Of a stretch of 64,000 nucleotides of DNA, positions 12,112 through 24,955 are shown piece after piece. Location of the stretch: contig NC_090345.1 of assembly GCF_035084215.1 (NCBI RefSeq), positions 42,718,001-42,782,000 on the forward strand. The letters run 5' to 3'. This DNA is from Heptranchias perlo. Its lineage: Eukaryota. Under the pieces are notes generated by a model. That model saw nothing but the letters and a program-made list of their open reading frames with translations. It had not been told where the DNA came from and did not search any database. Position numbers and translations under genes: made by a program. Positions within the stretch are counted from its first letter, which is position 1; each line of letters begins with the position of its first letter.

Positions 12112-12201
12112 TCAGGCTTCTCTTTTTTTGATTATCAGTGGCCCTACATTGTCTCCAGTTTCTTCATTGTGTTTGGTATGAGAACCATCACACATTGGGA
12201 A
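12112..12201 (-). CDS. CISD1: CISD1 coding exon 3 (CDGSH motif to stop)
   Basis: tttgtatttcag|TTC CCA ATG TGT GAT GGT TCT CAT... = [29 protein letters not shown]. The three exons total 318 nt (105 aa); the 3Cys-1His 2Fe-2S ligands are intact. Confidence 0.97.
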   Translation of the reverse strand, partial: FPMCDGSHTKHNEETGDNVGPLIIKKREA

Positions 12202-12289
12202 CTGAAATACAAAAGAGAAAAAGTTAGATTTCTGCTTCATGTGTAGGACTCTGGTTCTTGGATTAAATGCACAAAACCCAACAAAATCC

Positions 12290-12825
12290 TTCTTTGATGA
12301 ACTAATGGAGCGGGATGATGAAGGTAGTGCAGTTGATATTGTGTATATGGACTATCAAATGGCGTTCGACAAAAGGTGTGCCACATAATAGGCTGGCTAG
12401 CAAAATCTGAAGCCCATGAGATTAAAGGGGCAGTGGCAGCGTGGATACGAAATTGGCTAAGACACAGAAAGCAGAGAGTGGTGGTGAGCAGTTGTTTTTC
12501 AAACCGGAGGGAAGTATACAGTGGTGTTCCCCAGGGGTCAGCATTAGGACCACTGCTCTTTCCGATATGTATTAATGACCTGGACTTGGGTATACATGAC
12601 ATAATTTCAAAGTTCGCAAATGATACAAAACTTGGAAATGTGGTAAACAGGAAGGAGGTTAGTAGCAGACTTTAGGAGGACATAGACAGGCTGGTGAAAT
12701 GGGTACAGACACATGGCAGATGAAACTTAATGCAGAGAAGTGTGAAGTGATTCATTTTGGGAGGAAGAATGATGAGAGGCAATGTAAACTAAATGGTGCA
12801 ATTTTAAAGAGGGTGCAGGAACACG
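12290..12825 (+). mobile_element. CR1-type LINE reverse-transcriptase fragment (CISD1 intron 2)
   Basis: SGVPQGSALGPLL..CINDLD..ISKFANDTKLG RT motifs. Confidence 0.9.
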
Positions 12826-12844
12826 AGACCATGAATTGGTTTTA

Positions 12845-14010
12845 ACAGCAACATGTATTTATATAGCACCTTTAATGGAGAAAAATGTCCCACGGTGCTT
12901 CACAGAAGCATAGTCAGACATAAATTGACGCTGAGCCAAAAGGAGGAGATATTAGGTGGGGTGTCTAAAAACTTGATCAAAGAGGTGGGTCTTAATAGAG
13001 GAGAGGGAGATAGAGAGGCAGAGATATTTAGGGAGGGAATTCCAGAGCTTGAGGCCTTGATAGCTGAAGGAATGGCCACCAATGGGGCGAAGGATTAAGG
13101 GATCACAAGAGGCCAAATTTGGGGGAACGCAGAGTTTTCAGATTGTTGTAGGGATGAAGATTAGAAAGAGAGGGGTGAGGCCATAAAAGGATTTAAACAC
13201 GAGGACGAGAATTTAAAATTTTAGGCATTGTGCGACTGGGAGCCAATGTAGGCCAGCGAGCACATGGGGTGATGGGTGGAAGAGTTTTGGATGAGTTGAA
13301 GTTAATGGATGCTGGCCAGGAGAGCATTTGAATAGTAGGGTCTAGAGATGATAGAGGCATTGATGAGGATTTCAGACTGAGGGAGTGGGAGACGAGTGTC
13401 ATGGAGGTGGAAGTAGATGGTCTTTGTGATGGAGATATGGAGTCAGAAGGTCAGCTTGGGGTCAAATAGGATGCCTCAGTTGCACAGTCTGGTTCAACCC
13501 AAGACAGTGTCCAGGGAGTGAGTTAGAATAGGTGGCAAGGGTACCAAGTTTCTGGCAGGCTCCTAAGGCTTCAGTCTTCCCAATATTTAAATGGAAGAAA
13601 TTGCAGTTCACTAGGACTGGATGTCAGATAAGCAGTGTGTCAGCACAGAGGCAATGGAGGGGTCAAGAGAAGTGGTGGAGGGGTAGAGCTGGATATCATC
13701 AGCGTACCAGTGGAACCTTACCCTATGTCTTTGGATGATGTCGCGAAGGGGTAGCATGTAGATGAGGAACAGTTTGGGGCCAAGGATAGATCCTTGGACT
13801 CCAGAGATAACAGTGCAGGGGGAGGGCGGGAAGAGAAGCCAATGCTGGGAACGTGCTGGCAACGATTAGATAGGTAAGAGTGGATCCAAGCAAGGGCAGT
13901 CACACTAAACCAGACAACAGAGGAGAGGTGTTGGAGGAGGATGGTGTGATGATAGTGTCAAAACACTGCAGAGAGATTGAGAAGGATGAGGAGGGACAGT
14001 GCACCTTGAG
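12845..14010 (-). mobile_element. L2-type LINE 3' fragment
   Basis: Minus-strand GVQGSILGP...[13 protein letters not shown] motif; tail shared with the Deu SINEs. Confidence 0.85.
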
Positions 14011-15439
14011 CAGTCATAGAGGGTGTAATCTGTAATTAGTTTGGGGCCGTTTAAGTGGATTTGTGGTTATACATGCGCAGAATGCTTATTCCACCTGTTT
14101 TTATTTCTTCAACCACTGATTTTGCAGCATTTGTATTGTGTGGTCTATGAGGCAAAATATCAGGTGGAGGACTTTGGAGAAACAGGGTAAATGTGATTTA
14201 AAATCTGGCCTCAACCATCTGCTTCTACGGGCAAAGTTTGCTCAATGAAGAAATAAGAAGGATATGTGAAGACAAGAATGTTATTTTAATGGGAAATTTC
14301 AGTCAATCAAATATAAATTATGAATATCCAATATCCAAGGGGCTCACAGTCAGAGTTGGTAATTGTAACACTCAACTGCTTTATTGTCCATGCATCAGGG
14401 AAGCCATGAGAGGCAATGCACATCTTGTCCAGACAACATGCAGGAAATGGAAGGCATGGCACCCAAGAGGGTAGCAACCATAGAATGATCAAGTCCTAAA
14501 TCTTGGATTCAGAAACACCACAGACCAGGAGCAAAGTGTTTAATTTTACTCCAAAGAAATGAAGCAACAGCTTAATGAAATTGTTATTTTGGGAAGGGGG
14601 GAGGGGGGGCGGCAGAGGTTGTTTAGTAACATTTCAGTAGGAGGACAACTGCAAAAACTTTAAAGGCGTAGTGCTGAGCATGTAGAATACATACATACCT
14701 GGGACCAATATGCATTGACTGAGCAAGCATGATGTTAAACAGATTCACAAATTAATCATAAGCAAAAATGAGAAGAAAAAAAAACAACTTTCAGAAATCC
14801 TGCAGGGAGAAAGGTGACCAGCATCAATGGGATGAATACATGAAGTAATGTGTTAACAAGGTGATCAGAGGGCAAAGTTTAAGACCTGGAAAAAGGCATA
14901 GCTGCAGGTGCAATAAAAATAACTAAGAAATTCTTTCAATATAACAGTAGAATTTTACAGTCAGAAAGCAGTCAGAGAAAAGGTGAGAACCATAAAATAC
15001 ACATAAGGCTGTAACAAACAAGCACAAGATAGTAAACATACTGAATATTACTTCCTCCAAGTCTACACAAGGGAAGGCATAAGCAATATGCCCTCCCCAA
15101 ACAGATAACACAGGCAAAATTAACAACTGAAAAGGATCAAAACAAATATTCTCCGAAGAGAGATGGTGTTTATCTGAAGATAATCAGGATTGGACCTTGT
15201 GGCACTGATGATTATGAGGAAGTTACTAGAAACTGGGAAGGTACCAGATCAGAAGTAGGCTTCAAACGCCTAAGTTTCTAATTTTTCCTCATACATTCTC
15301 AGACACGAGGGATCAGCCTCAGTGGCTGTTCTGTCAACTGACTCCAGTACTTGAGTATCTCTGTTGTGTCTTGATGTTCAGAATTGGATGCAGTACTGAA
15401 GACATGGTCTGACTCGAGCACTATGGAGTTTCAACATTC

Positions 15440-16830
15440 TAGGAACATAGGTACAGGAGTAGGCCATTCAGCCCCTTGAGCCTATTCTGCCATTCAATTA
15501 GATCATGGCTGATCTGTATCTTAACTCCATCGACCCAACTTGGTTCTATAACCATTAATACCCTTGCCTAACAAAAATCTATCAATCTCCATTTTGAAAT
15601 TTTCACCTGATCTAGCCTCAAAACCTTTGGGGGAAAGAGAGTTCCAGATTTCCACTACCTTTTTGTGTAAAGAAATGCTTTCTGACATTATCCCTAAACG
15701 GCCCAGCTCTAATTTTAAGGTTATGCTCCCTCGTTCTGTACTCTCACTAAAAGGAAGGAGAAAATCTCCGAAAGCTTGTGAATTTAAAATAAAATTGCTG
15801 GACTATAACTTGGTGTTGTAAAATTGTTTACAATTGTCAACCCCAGTCCATCACCGGCATCTCCACATCCTCACTAAAAGAAATAGTTTCTCTCTATCTA
15901 CCCTATCAAATCCTTTAATCATCTTAAACACCACAATTAGATCACCCCTTAATCTTCTATACTCATGAGAATACAAGCCTAACCTATGCAATCTGTCCTC
16001 ATAATTTAACCCATTTATCCCTGAATCTGGTGAATCTGCACTGCACCCTCTCCAAGGCCAATATATCCTTCCTGAGGTGCAGTGCCCAGAACTGAATGCA
16101 GTACTCCAGATGGGGTCTCAGACCTCTGTACAGCTGTAATGTAACTTCCACCCCTTTGTATTCCAGCCCTCGAGATAAAGGCCCACATTCCATGAGCCTT
16201 TTTAGTTATTTTTTGTTTCTGTCCACTAGCTTTTAGGTGATTTCTGTACTTGGACCCCTAAATCTCTCTGTTCATCCACAGTTCCTAGTTTCTCACCATT
16301 TAGAACATACTCTGATTATCTCTCTTAGGTCCAAAGTGGGTGACCTCACACTTCCCTACATTGTACTCCATCTGCCACAGTTTTGCCCACTCACTCAGTC
16401 TGTCAATGTCCCGTTGCAATTTTCTGCTCCCATCGGCAAACTTAGATAAATGGCTCTCTATTCCTTCATCTAAGTCATTTATAAATATAGTGAAAAGCTG
16501 TGGCCCCAGCACAAATCCTTAGGGGACACAGTTAGTCACATCCTGCCAATTTGAATACATACCCATTATCCCTACTTCCTGTCTCCTAACCAATTCCCTA
16601 TCTAAACCAATAGGTTGCCTCCAATTCCATGTGCTCTCACTTTTGTTAACAGTCTCTTATGTGGAGCCTTGTCGAATGCTTTCTGGAAGTCCATGTAAAT
16701 ATCATTCATAGACATTCCCTTATCTTAGTTACTTCCTTAAAAAAATTCAACTAGGTTCGTCAAACATGACTTGCCCTTTACAAATCCATGCTGGCTCTCT
16801 CTGATCAGCTCATATTTGTCCAAATGCTCA
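15440..16830 (-). mobile_element. CR1-type LINE 3' portion with a nested insertion
   Basis: [21 protein letters not shown] and [11 protein letters not shown] motifs plus the CR1 tail. Confidence 0.9.
15754..15869 (+). mobile_element. Short insertion with 11-bp target-site duplication, Penelope-like end fragment
   Basis: CTCACTAAAAG is duplicated at 15743-15753 and 15870-15880. The insert begins with the hammerhead-like stem GGAG-aaaat-CTCC-GAAAGCTT. Confidence 0.65.
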
Positions 16831-18326
16831 ATCACTCTGTCCCATTCTGTTAGCTTTGTGGATTGCTACTCAACAGTTACTGTTGTACATGTTAACATCA
16901 AGCCTACCATGAACCCTTTGATCTCTTTCAACTTCATGGCACCATTCATGGTGTGCGTGTGCCATCCATTTTGTTCCTCCCTAGGTGCAATGTATTCTTA
17001 TCCATAGAACGGTTCATAATTTATATCAACAACCTGGGTTCAGAAGCTCAATGTGAATTGGTCAAATCTGCACGATAGTAAACGAGGAAGGGCAGTTTAT
17101 TCTGAGTAGCCAGCTCAGGAAATACAAAACATGTTGAACAAAATAAATGAATGGGCAAAACAATATCTGTATTTAATTTCATTTGCCATTGTTCTTCAGT
17201 TTTACACTGAGGAGCAGATGCGACTGTTTCAGTGACAAAGGTACCTTTTCCACCTTCATTCAGTATTACCTATTTTCTATTCTCACTACAATTACCTAAG
17301 TATCGGGCAGGTAAAGGCAACTCTAAATCAGGAGCATGGACTCACTTATAGGACTAGTCTCTGGCACTGAACCCAAGGAAACCATCAGAGGTAAAAAGCC
17401 CAAGGACATAACTTTGGGACTCTCTTTCCTTCTCAGTGCTCTTGGTGTTGTACCTTTCTTCAGTCATAGTCCTCAGTGCCCAACTCATTTCCTTCTATTT
17501 GCAGTCAGCCATTAGTGCCAGCTGAGCACGTTTGGCATCCTGCAGATCAGAGGGGGGAAAGGTTAGAGGTTTAGTAGTTCTCCAGGGTTACTGTCTGGTC
17601 CCTGATTTACTTAGCGAGGAAGAGCCGACATCTTTTCTTCAATAGCGGGATTGTGATTTTCAGAGGGGCCGTGAGACAAAACAGCTGAGATAGCACAGAA
17701 TTGTGGCCATTACTGCTGGGACATCCTCATCAAAGTAAACACTACTCCCGACTCACACTGCCCTTAAAATCAGCACTACCCTGTTTGGTACAGAATGAGA
17801 GAAAAGTTGACCTAAACTAATAAACATGCTAAAATATACCATTTCCTGTCATTTCTTCATCAACATGTACAAATATTTTACAATATTTCTTTGGAAATAT
17901 TTTTTGTAAAACAATCCCCTTTTTCCATTTCTGATGCAAAAATCTGACCTTTGTCCTCAAAAGTGAAACACAGTCTGAAAACAAAATGTACACATACTGA
18001 AAGTGTGTTTCGGAACATACAGGCGTGGCAAAGACCACTCTGGTCCATTTGGCTTGTCCCAGTATCGAGGAAGTATATCCCATGATACTTCTCATACTAG
18101 TCAAAATTCTCTCAGATACTTATCCAACTCACTCCTCAATTTGCTGATACCATCAGCCCCCATTACCTCCCTTGGCAGTCCATGCCACACATTCACCACC
18201 TTTTCACATAAAGTAATTATATCTAAACTCTCTTCTCACTCTTCCTCTTCCAGGTTTAAGGCTGTGACCCTGTACACGTCTACGTTGCCATGAAATGCAA
18301 TGAGACAATCAAATTGACATTCTTAC

Positions 18327-18529
18327 CTGTTTAGACCGCCAGCATCTACAATACACAGCTTTGTCTCCCAGGTCTTCAATATCGAATGCATGCACTACTT
18401 TCGGGGTATCCTTCTGGATGTCTAGGTTAACCAGTGACTTTCGGCCTTTGTCTCTCGAGTATAAAGTTCTGTAGGCCACATAACCAACAGCAGCTGCTCC
18501 AATAGTCAGTGAAATTGCAGCTACCCATT
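18327..18529 (-). CDS. CISD1: CISD1 coding exon 2 (N-terminal TM anchor, beta-cap, start of CDGSH domain)
   Basis: Polypyrimidine tract + caaacag acceptor; encodes [68 protein letters not shown]; donor CAG|gtaaga; 203 nt. Confidence 0.97.
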
Positions 18530-19914
18530 CTGTTTGAGGGAAGAACACAAGGGCAAAAGTGTTTAGATGAAACAGAATATGAAATTTACTAAATTATATA
18601 TCACAGGGACCCTGGTTATTTATCTTTAAATACAATGGTAAGTGGCAGTACTTGGAAAAATATACAATCAGTGGCAATGGACTGAATTGCACAGCGCTGA
18701 ATGGGGTATAAAATCCAACGCGCAGGTGGCAAACTTTCCCATACACAGGTGGTGATGTGAATTAGGTTCAATTAATGCTTACACTACAGAAAGGCTACAT
18801 AATGTATATATTGTATTGTAACCAAACTTATAAACATGAGCACAGAAGTGTCAGAAAATTACTTGCCTTAATATTAAATGAATCAGAGCCCAACGCTCAA
18901 CAAGAAATTGCTATTTTTCTCACAAGGACACGCTCTCGTCTTACAAGAGATGAATCAAAGTTGCAGTTAAAATTTTACGGTTTGTTAACTAACTACAATG
19001 TAGACAATTAAAAAGATAAACCTTGGAATCCCCTAGTGCATAAACTGGAAGCAGCCCTTGTACACTAAATAAACACAGAAGGCGTTGCCCACTGTGATTG
19101 TTAGTGTGTCAAGCCAGCTTCTGTAGATTACAGAGATCAAGTAACAAATAAAGACATTTATCATCACTGTGCATGCTAGATTCTGAGAGTATGGGTGACT
19201 TTTCTTAAGTATTTTTATTAAAGACATTATGGAACTGGTCACAGGACCTTAACCAATCACAACTCAATCCACTGAAAGCATAAAAAGGTTGTGAAAATTA
19301 TTACTGAATGCTGCAATCCAATGCAGAATAATCAGTGATGACTCCTACCCTCCAGCCCACACAAAAGGAGAGTGTACACAGAAACAAACATACCAAGTGT
19401 TAAAAACCCACATGGAAAAACTCAGTCATAGCTTTCTAATCTGTTCAGAGCCATTAGCCTCAAATAAGTCACAGTATTTCACCAATAAGTTAATGCTAGA
19501 CTTAGTATGTAGGTCAGACTAGGTAAGGCTTCTCTGAAGGACATGAGTTGGGTTTTTAAAACGACAATCTGGCAGCTTTCATGTTAATTTTTCTGGTGCT
19601 AGCCCACAAATGACCAGATTTCTAGAATTCAGTTTCATAACTTGCCATGGAGGGATTTGAACTCAAAACTTCTGGGCTACTAGTCCAGTATCATAACCAC
19701 TAGGCTCTAGTTTGGCTTAACTTGTTACCATGAAAACATAGGAACAGGAGTAGGCCATTCAGTCCCTTGGGCCTGTTCCACCATCACTGATCTATACCTC
19801 AACTCCATTTACCCGCCTTTGATCCATATCCCTCGATACCCTTAGCTAACAAAAATCTATCGATCGCAGTTTTGGAAATTTCAATTGACCCAGCATTCAT
19901 ACCCTTTTGGAATA

Positions 19915-20900
19915 CCTCTATCCTTGGCCCCCTATTTCTCATCTACATGCTGCCCCTCGGCAACATCATCCAAAACACACAACGTCAGGTTTCACATGTA
20001 CACTGACGGCACCCAGCTCTACCTCACCACCACCTTTCTCGACACCTCTTCACCCACATCCAGGATTGAATGAACAGAGGTTTCCTCCAATTAAATATTG
20101 GAAAGACTGAAGCCATGGTCTTCGGTCCGTACCACAAACTCCGTTCCCTAGCCACCGACTCCATCCCTCTCGGTGGCCATTGTCTGAGGCTGAACTAGAC
20201 TGGTTGCAACTTTGGTGTCGTATTTGACCGAGCTGAGCTTCCGACCCCATAATCTTCTCCATCACCAAGACCGTCTACTTCCACCTCCGTAACATCACCC
20301 GTCTCCACCCCTGCCTCAGCTCATCTGCTGCTGAAACCCTTATCCATACCTTTGTTACCTCTGGACTCAACTATTCTAATCCTCTCCTGACGAGCCTCCC
20401 GCCTTGCACCCTCTAAACTTGAGCACAACCAAAACTCTGCTGCCTGTATCCTAAATTGCACCGAGTCCCATCCACCCATCTCCCCTGTGCTCGCTGACCT
20501 ACACTGGCTGCAGATCCAGCAACACCTCAATTTTAAAATTCTCATCCTTGCTTTCAATTCCCTCCATGGCCTTGCCCCTCCCTATCTCTGTAACCTCCTC
20601 CAACCCTCCGAGAACTCTGCACTCCTCCAATTGTGGCCTCTTGCGCCTCACTGATTTTTTTCATTCCATCATTAGCAGCCAGGCCTTCAGCTGCCCAGGC
20701 TATGGAATTCCCTCCCTAAACCTTTCCACCTATCTACCTCAAAACACTCCTTAAAACCTACCTCTGACCAAGCTTTTGGTCACCTGTCTTAATATCTCCG
20801 TATGTGGCTCGGTGTCAAATTTTGTTCGATAACCGTGCCTGTGAAGCGCCTTTGGATGTTTTACTTCATCTAAGGTGCCATATGCAAGTTGTCGTTGTAG
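19915..20900 (+). mobile_element. L2-type LINE 3' fragment
   Basis: FHMYTDGTQLY RT motif and L2 tail; homologous to 12845-14010 and 28445-29130. Confidence 0.85.
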
Positions 20901-20904
20901 TTGA

Positions 20905-22740
20905 GAGTGTTCCAGATTGCCAATATAATTTGTGTCGAAAAAGTGCCTCATGATTTCTCTTCTGAATGGCCTTGCTCTAATTTTATTATGTCCCTTTGTT
21001 CTGGATTCCCCCACCAGAGGAAGTAGCTTCTCTATCCTATCAAATCCCTTTATCATTTTAAAGACATTAATTAGATCACCCATCAACCTTCTAAACTCTC
21101 AAGGATAGCAAGTTGGCTACAAAACAGAAAATAGGGGTTAAGGCTAGCAACTCAGACCGCCAAAAGTTGGGAAGTGGTGTTCCACGGGGATTGGTGCTGG
21201 GACCACTGTTGTTCACAGTAACGATTTGGATTTGGGAATCACAAGTACAATTTCAAAATTTGAGGACATCAAATAGGGGGCTGTGGTTAATACAAAGGTA
21301 TAATGTATCAAAATGCAAGAGGATATTAATAAACTTGCAGAATGGGCATGTAATTAGCAAATGAATTTCAATATAGATAAGTGTGAGGTGGTGCATTTTG
21401 GTAGGAAGAATACGGAGGCCACATACTGCTTGAATAATAAGAGTCTGAATGGGTAGAGGAGCAAAGGGATCTGGGGGTACAGATACACAAATCATTAAAA
21501 GTAGCATCACTGGTTAACAAGGCCATAAAAAAAGCAAATCAAGCTCTGGGGTTCAAAATAATGAGGGGTTTTGGTAGAGCAAGTAGGGAGAAACTGTTTC
21601 TTCTGACAAGTGGGTCAGTAACCAGAGGTCATAGATTTAAAATAATTAGCAAAAGAACTAGAGGGGAAATGAGGAGAATTTTTTTTCACACAGAAACGCA
21701 CTACCTGAAAGGGAGGTGGAAGCAGATTCCATTGGAACTTTCAGAAGGCAATTGGACATGTAGTTGAAGAGGACTAATTTGCAGGGTTATGGGGAAAAAG
21801 GTGGAGTGTGGGAATAAACTGGACAGCTCTTTCAAAGAGCACAGGCACGATAGGCTGAGTGGCCTCCTTCTGTGCTGTAAGATTCTATGATTTCTAAAAG
21901 GATAGAACTGAAAAGCAGAGAAGTTATGTTAAACTTGTATAGAACCTTGGTTAGACCACACTTGGGAGTATTGTTCACAGTTCTGGTCTCCAGATTATAA
22001 AAACGATATAAAGGCTTTGGAGAGGGTGCAAACAGTGATACCAGAACTGAGAGGATACACTTATCAGGAAAGGCTGAACATGCTGGAGCTCTTTTCTCTA
22101 GAAAAAAGGCTGAGAGGTGACCCGATAGAGGTCTTTAAGATAACGAAAGGGTTTGATAGGGTAGATGTAGAGAAAATATTTCCACTTGTGGGGGAGACCA
22201 GAACTAGAGGTCATAAATATAAAATAGTCGTTAATAAATCCAACAAGGAATTCAGGAGAAACATCTTTACCCAGAGAGTGGGATGCGCTACCACAACGAG
22301 TAGTTGAGGCGAATAGCATAGATACGTTTAAGGGGAAGCTAGATAAGTATGAGGAAGAAAGGAATAGAAGAGTATGCTGTTAGAGTTAGATGAAGTAGGG
22401 AGGGAGGGGGCTCATGTGGAGCATAAACGCCAGCATAGACCAGCTTGGCCGAATGGCCTGTTTGTGCTGTAGTTTCGATGTAAGGGAATACAAGCCAAGT
22501 TTATGCAACATGTCCTCAATTTAACCCTTTAAGTCATCATTCTGGTGAATCTGTGCTGTATCCCCCTCCCCCACAAAGCCAATATATCCTTCCTGAGATG
22601 TGATGCTCAAAACTGAACACAGTACTCCAGATGGAGTCTAACCATGGCTCTGTACAACAGAATCATAACTTCCTCCCCTTTGTATTCCAGCTCCTTGAGA
22701 TGAAGGCCAAAATTCCGTCAGCCTTTTTGATTACTTCTTG
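20905..22740. mobile_element. Cluster of nested CR1 fragments in both orientations
   Basis: Multiple CR1 ORF2 C-terminal peptides (GDLINVFKMIKGFD on minus; SGVPRGLVLGPLLF and ERLNMLELFSLEKRLRGD on plus). Confidence 0.85.
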
Positions 22741-22741
22741 T

Positions 22742-22976
22742 AAATATTGGCCAGGACAGAACTCCACTGCTCTTCGAAAAGTGCCGTGAGATTTTTTTTT
22801 TATTGTCCACCCGAGGGGGAGGGCAGTGGCTCAGTTTAACATCTCATCCAAAAGGCAGTACCTCCTAACAGTACACTCCTTCAGTCTGCACTGAAGTGTC
22901 AGCCTACATTTGTGGGCTTGAACTCACAACCGTCAGACAGAGAGACAAGAATGCTACCACTGAGCCAAGACTGACA
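22742..22976 (-). mobile_element. Deu-domain SINE, 5' half
   Basis: Homologous to 1-268 and 58740-58992. Confidence 0.7.
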
Positions 22977-24716
22977 CACAAACCAGGCACAAAACACTAC
23001 GGAATTATTTCAGTTAATAATTAAGTGAGATTCAAATAAATTTACAATTGGGGATTTCTAAAAACTGATCACCGATAAGAAATTGATAGTATTCTAATAA
23101 ATGTTACTTAAATAGATGTATATCTATTAACAAGCTAATTTGAAGTTCAGACATCTTACTGAAATAGTGAATGCTGTTTGTAGCTAACAAATGTTTGCAG
23201 GGCTTAACTAATTTACACATGATGGAATACTGTAAAAATTGACAAACAATTAAACTAAAGTGACAAAACCAAAAGAATGTTAATCAAAACTTTCTTGTTT
23301 TTTTTTCTTAGGCGGTGCTGACAGAAAGATTGCCAAGGTCATTTAATCTCGTAGATGTAGTGGCATTCAGAAACCACTTGAGCTTTGGAAGCAAAGGCAA
23401 ACGGGAAGCCAAGGACAGCCAGGCCTAGAACCAAAGCGAAGCCCAAGATGGCATGCGGAGCACAGTCGGCTGTGCCCCAGTGAAAGAAAGTTTGACACGT
23501 TATGTTAATCCGTTGACTTGTGCGTTGCACCCATACGGATATAGTTGGACATACAACTGTGTGCTCATCAATGCGTTGCCTATGGAGTGCTATTGCAACT
23601 GCATTGCATCTGTTGCTTGCACTAATGTACAGTAACATTAGTGGGTGAGAGCTCATCTACACACTGCTGACAATATTTAATACCTTAAAGAAAGATCACT
23701 TTCATGTGACATTGTACGACTCATTAGTACAGATCTCAACATTTACCAAGTCTAGTATTCCAGACCAATACTGTAAACTGGAGAGTGGAGTAAACGTGTC
23801 TGTAACCCATGGTTAGCCACAAGATCGATACAAGGGTACACATAGTACCCACTGCATAGCTAATCTGGGTTGTGTATTGCCAGTGCAGTGACATTTAAAG
23901 TTAATTTAACAGAGAATTGAAGGACCAGAAAGCTGGTGAACAATCCCATTACAGCACAGCCAAATTCTTCATTCAGGTCAATGTTTCTTGTTAATGGGTG
24001 TAACGAGTGTGCTGTGGTAGTAAATGCACACTCCCGCTCAATAAGACCAGCAGCATTTATTAATAACAAACTCCGTTTTTAAAACAGTTATCCGCATGTT
24101 AAAATAAAACCTTGCGTGGCAAGCGCGGAAAGGACACAGTCCACCAAATATAGATGCACAGAGGAAGGTGGTGGGGGGGGTAACAGAGCCAAATGTGACC
24201 TTCGACCTGAGTCATGGCGTACTTTCAGCACCCATTAACACGCCATTCAGTGCACATTGGTGGCTAATCATAGCCGTTCGCTGCAGTTCCTAGTGCGGAT
24301 TCTGTTTTCTGGCCAGGAGAAGTTGCAGCTGACCGGCCGTGCACCTTTAGCGCGGCGGTGTTGTCCTTCTCCCTGACATCACTGCACGGGGTACGTGTCT
24401 GGGGAATGGCTGGCTGTTTATATGTTGCACTGTGTTCCATCAACCAGCGACCATTTTACAGCACACGCACTTCCAGGCTTGCGAACCCGAGCGATGTGAC
24501 GGCTCCTTCTGCTCCGTGGCTCTCCTTTCCCGGAGGCGAGGAGTATGAAGCTCGCCTGGTGCAGGCTGCCCTGCGGAGAATGCACAAAGAGCGGCCGCCC
24601 CCCCACCACCACCACCACCACCCATCCCATGCGAGCACTGCACCACATGCAATGATAACCCGCCCCGCTAACCTCACCGGCCAGGGGCGGGCCGTGGGTC
24701 GGGACTGTCCCCTTAC

Positions 24717-24741
24717 CTTTCACCGCGGAGCTGCTCCCCAT
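24717..24741 (-). CDS. CISD1: CISD1 (mitoNEET) coding exon 1
   Basis: Minus strand ATG GGG AGC AGC TCC GCG GTG AAA G|gtaagg (MGSSSAVK plus 1 nt) in a CpG-rich region. The phase-1 donor joins exon 2 as G|AA TGG (EW), matching the short first exon of CISD1. Confidence 0.88.
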
Positions 24742-24759
24742 CACTCGGCCAGTTCCGAT

Positions 24760-24910
24760 CGAGCTTCGTCCTTCAGCCCCGGGACCAGCGACACTGTAAC
24801 AAACCGGCCGGCGTCACCTGACCACCATCAAAGGCGGGCCGGGGGCTGACGTCACCCAGGAGGGCGAGCACTGCGCAGGCTCCAGGCTGTGACATGACGT
24901 CAGCTGCAGG
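24760..24910 (-). promoter_or_regulatory. CISD1 promoter / CpG-rich region with two full CRE palindromes
   Basis: TGACGTCA at 24847-24854 and 24895-24902, an NRF1-like TGCGCAGGC at 24872-24880 and a GC box, all just upstream of the CISD1 ATG. Confidence 0.7.
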
Positions 24911-24955
24911 GCTCCCCAGCCTGCTTCTGAACAAGACTCAGCTCTGGTCCTGGAT

